Positions 63,640 through 64,000 of a DNA stretch of 64,000 nt are shown in pieces. This DNA is from an uncultured Spirochaetota bacterium (GTDB lineage Bacteria > Spirochaetota > Spirochaetia > SZUA-6 > Fen-1364). Position numbers and translations under genes: made by a program. Location: the NCBI GenBank assembly GCA_963734545.1, contig CAVTHO010000004.1, forward strand, positions 288,001 to 352,000, read 5' to 3'. Below the pieces are notes generated by a model. That model worked only from the letters and a program-made list of their open reading frames with translations, did not search any database and had not been told where the DNA came from. Every line of letters starts with the position of its first letter. The first letter of the stretch is position 1.

Positions 63640-64000
63640 ATGGCAGACGTCAGGCTGATGTCGATCCGCAAGAGCTTCGGCAAGCTCGAAGCGCTGAAGG
63701 GGCTCGACCTGGAGATCCGGGACAAGGAGTTCTTCGTCCTGCTGGGACCGACGGGAGCCGGCAAGACCACGACGCTGAAAATAATCGCCGGACTGGAAAA
63801 GGCCGACAAGGGCGAGGTTTCACTGGACGGATCGAACGTCGACAGGCTCATCCCCGCAATGAGGGACGTCGCGTTCGTCTTTCAATACTACACTCTCTAC
63901 CCCCATTACACGGTGAGGCAGAATCTCGAGTTCCCCCTCAAGTCGCGGCTGCGGAAGGTGCCTCAGGAGGAGATCGACCGCAGGGTGGCGGAGGTGGCGA
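63640..64000 (+). CDS. Second MalK-like ATP-binding protein, 3' truncated by the window edge
   Basis: ATG at 63640: MADVRLMSIRKSFG...LLGPTGAGKTTTL...VFQYYTLYPH.TV..NLEFP. Confidence 0.9.
   Translation, partial: MADVRLMSIRKSFGKLEALKGLDLEIRDKEFFVLLGPTGAGKTTTLKIIAGLEKADKGEVSLDGSNVDRLIPAMRDVAFVFQYYTLYPHYTVRQNLEFPLKSRLRKVPQEEIDRRVAEVA

Overview
GC-rich bacterial chromosomal segment, most likely a free-living Spirochaetota genome (inferred from the Treponema/Spirochaeta-style FlgD-Ig C-terminal domain of the giant surface protein and the sugar-ABC-rich content). No rRNA, tRNA, CRISPR, transposase or integrase seen. About a dozen otherwise intact genes carry apparent single-base insertions, which suggests long-read consensus errors rather than pseudogenes. 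Blocks in order: (1) hydrolase, LacD-type aldolase, quinone reductase; (2) a sigma-54 two-component system whose soluble sensor kinase appears fused to a sugar-ABC ATPase domain, divergent from a sigma-54-promoter operon (RbsB-like SBP, ALDH, ATPase, permease, RidA), which is the best candidate for a little-described system; (3) assorted metabolic genes, including a GT39 with an in-frame hairpin-repeat expansion; (4) a copper island (thioredoxin-like, DUF2318, HMA-DsbD-cupredoxin, YHS, CsoR, CopA, CueP, rhodanese, Met/Gly-rich exported protein) with a CsoR-type operator plus a second, four-copy direct-repeat motif; (5) a signalling cluster of three kinases, a receiver and an orphan binding protein; (6) MsrC, GH2 beta-mannosidase, DUF5666 lipoprotein; (7) a ~11.8 kb (~3,900 aa) secreted protein built from 8+8 shuffled near-identical modules; (8) dioxygenase-like, radical SAM, SDR, AlkA, an [FeFe]-hydrogenase-like/MCP chemoreceptor fusion, MBL, TetR plus hydrolase; (9) a Gfo/Idh/MocA gene and a CUT1 ABC operon running off the end.
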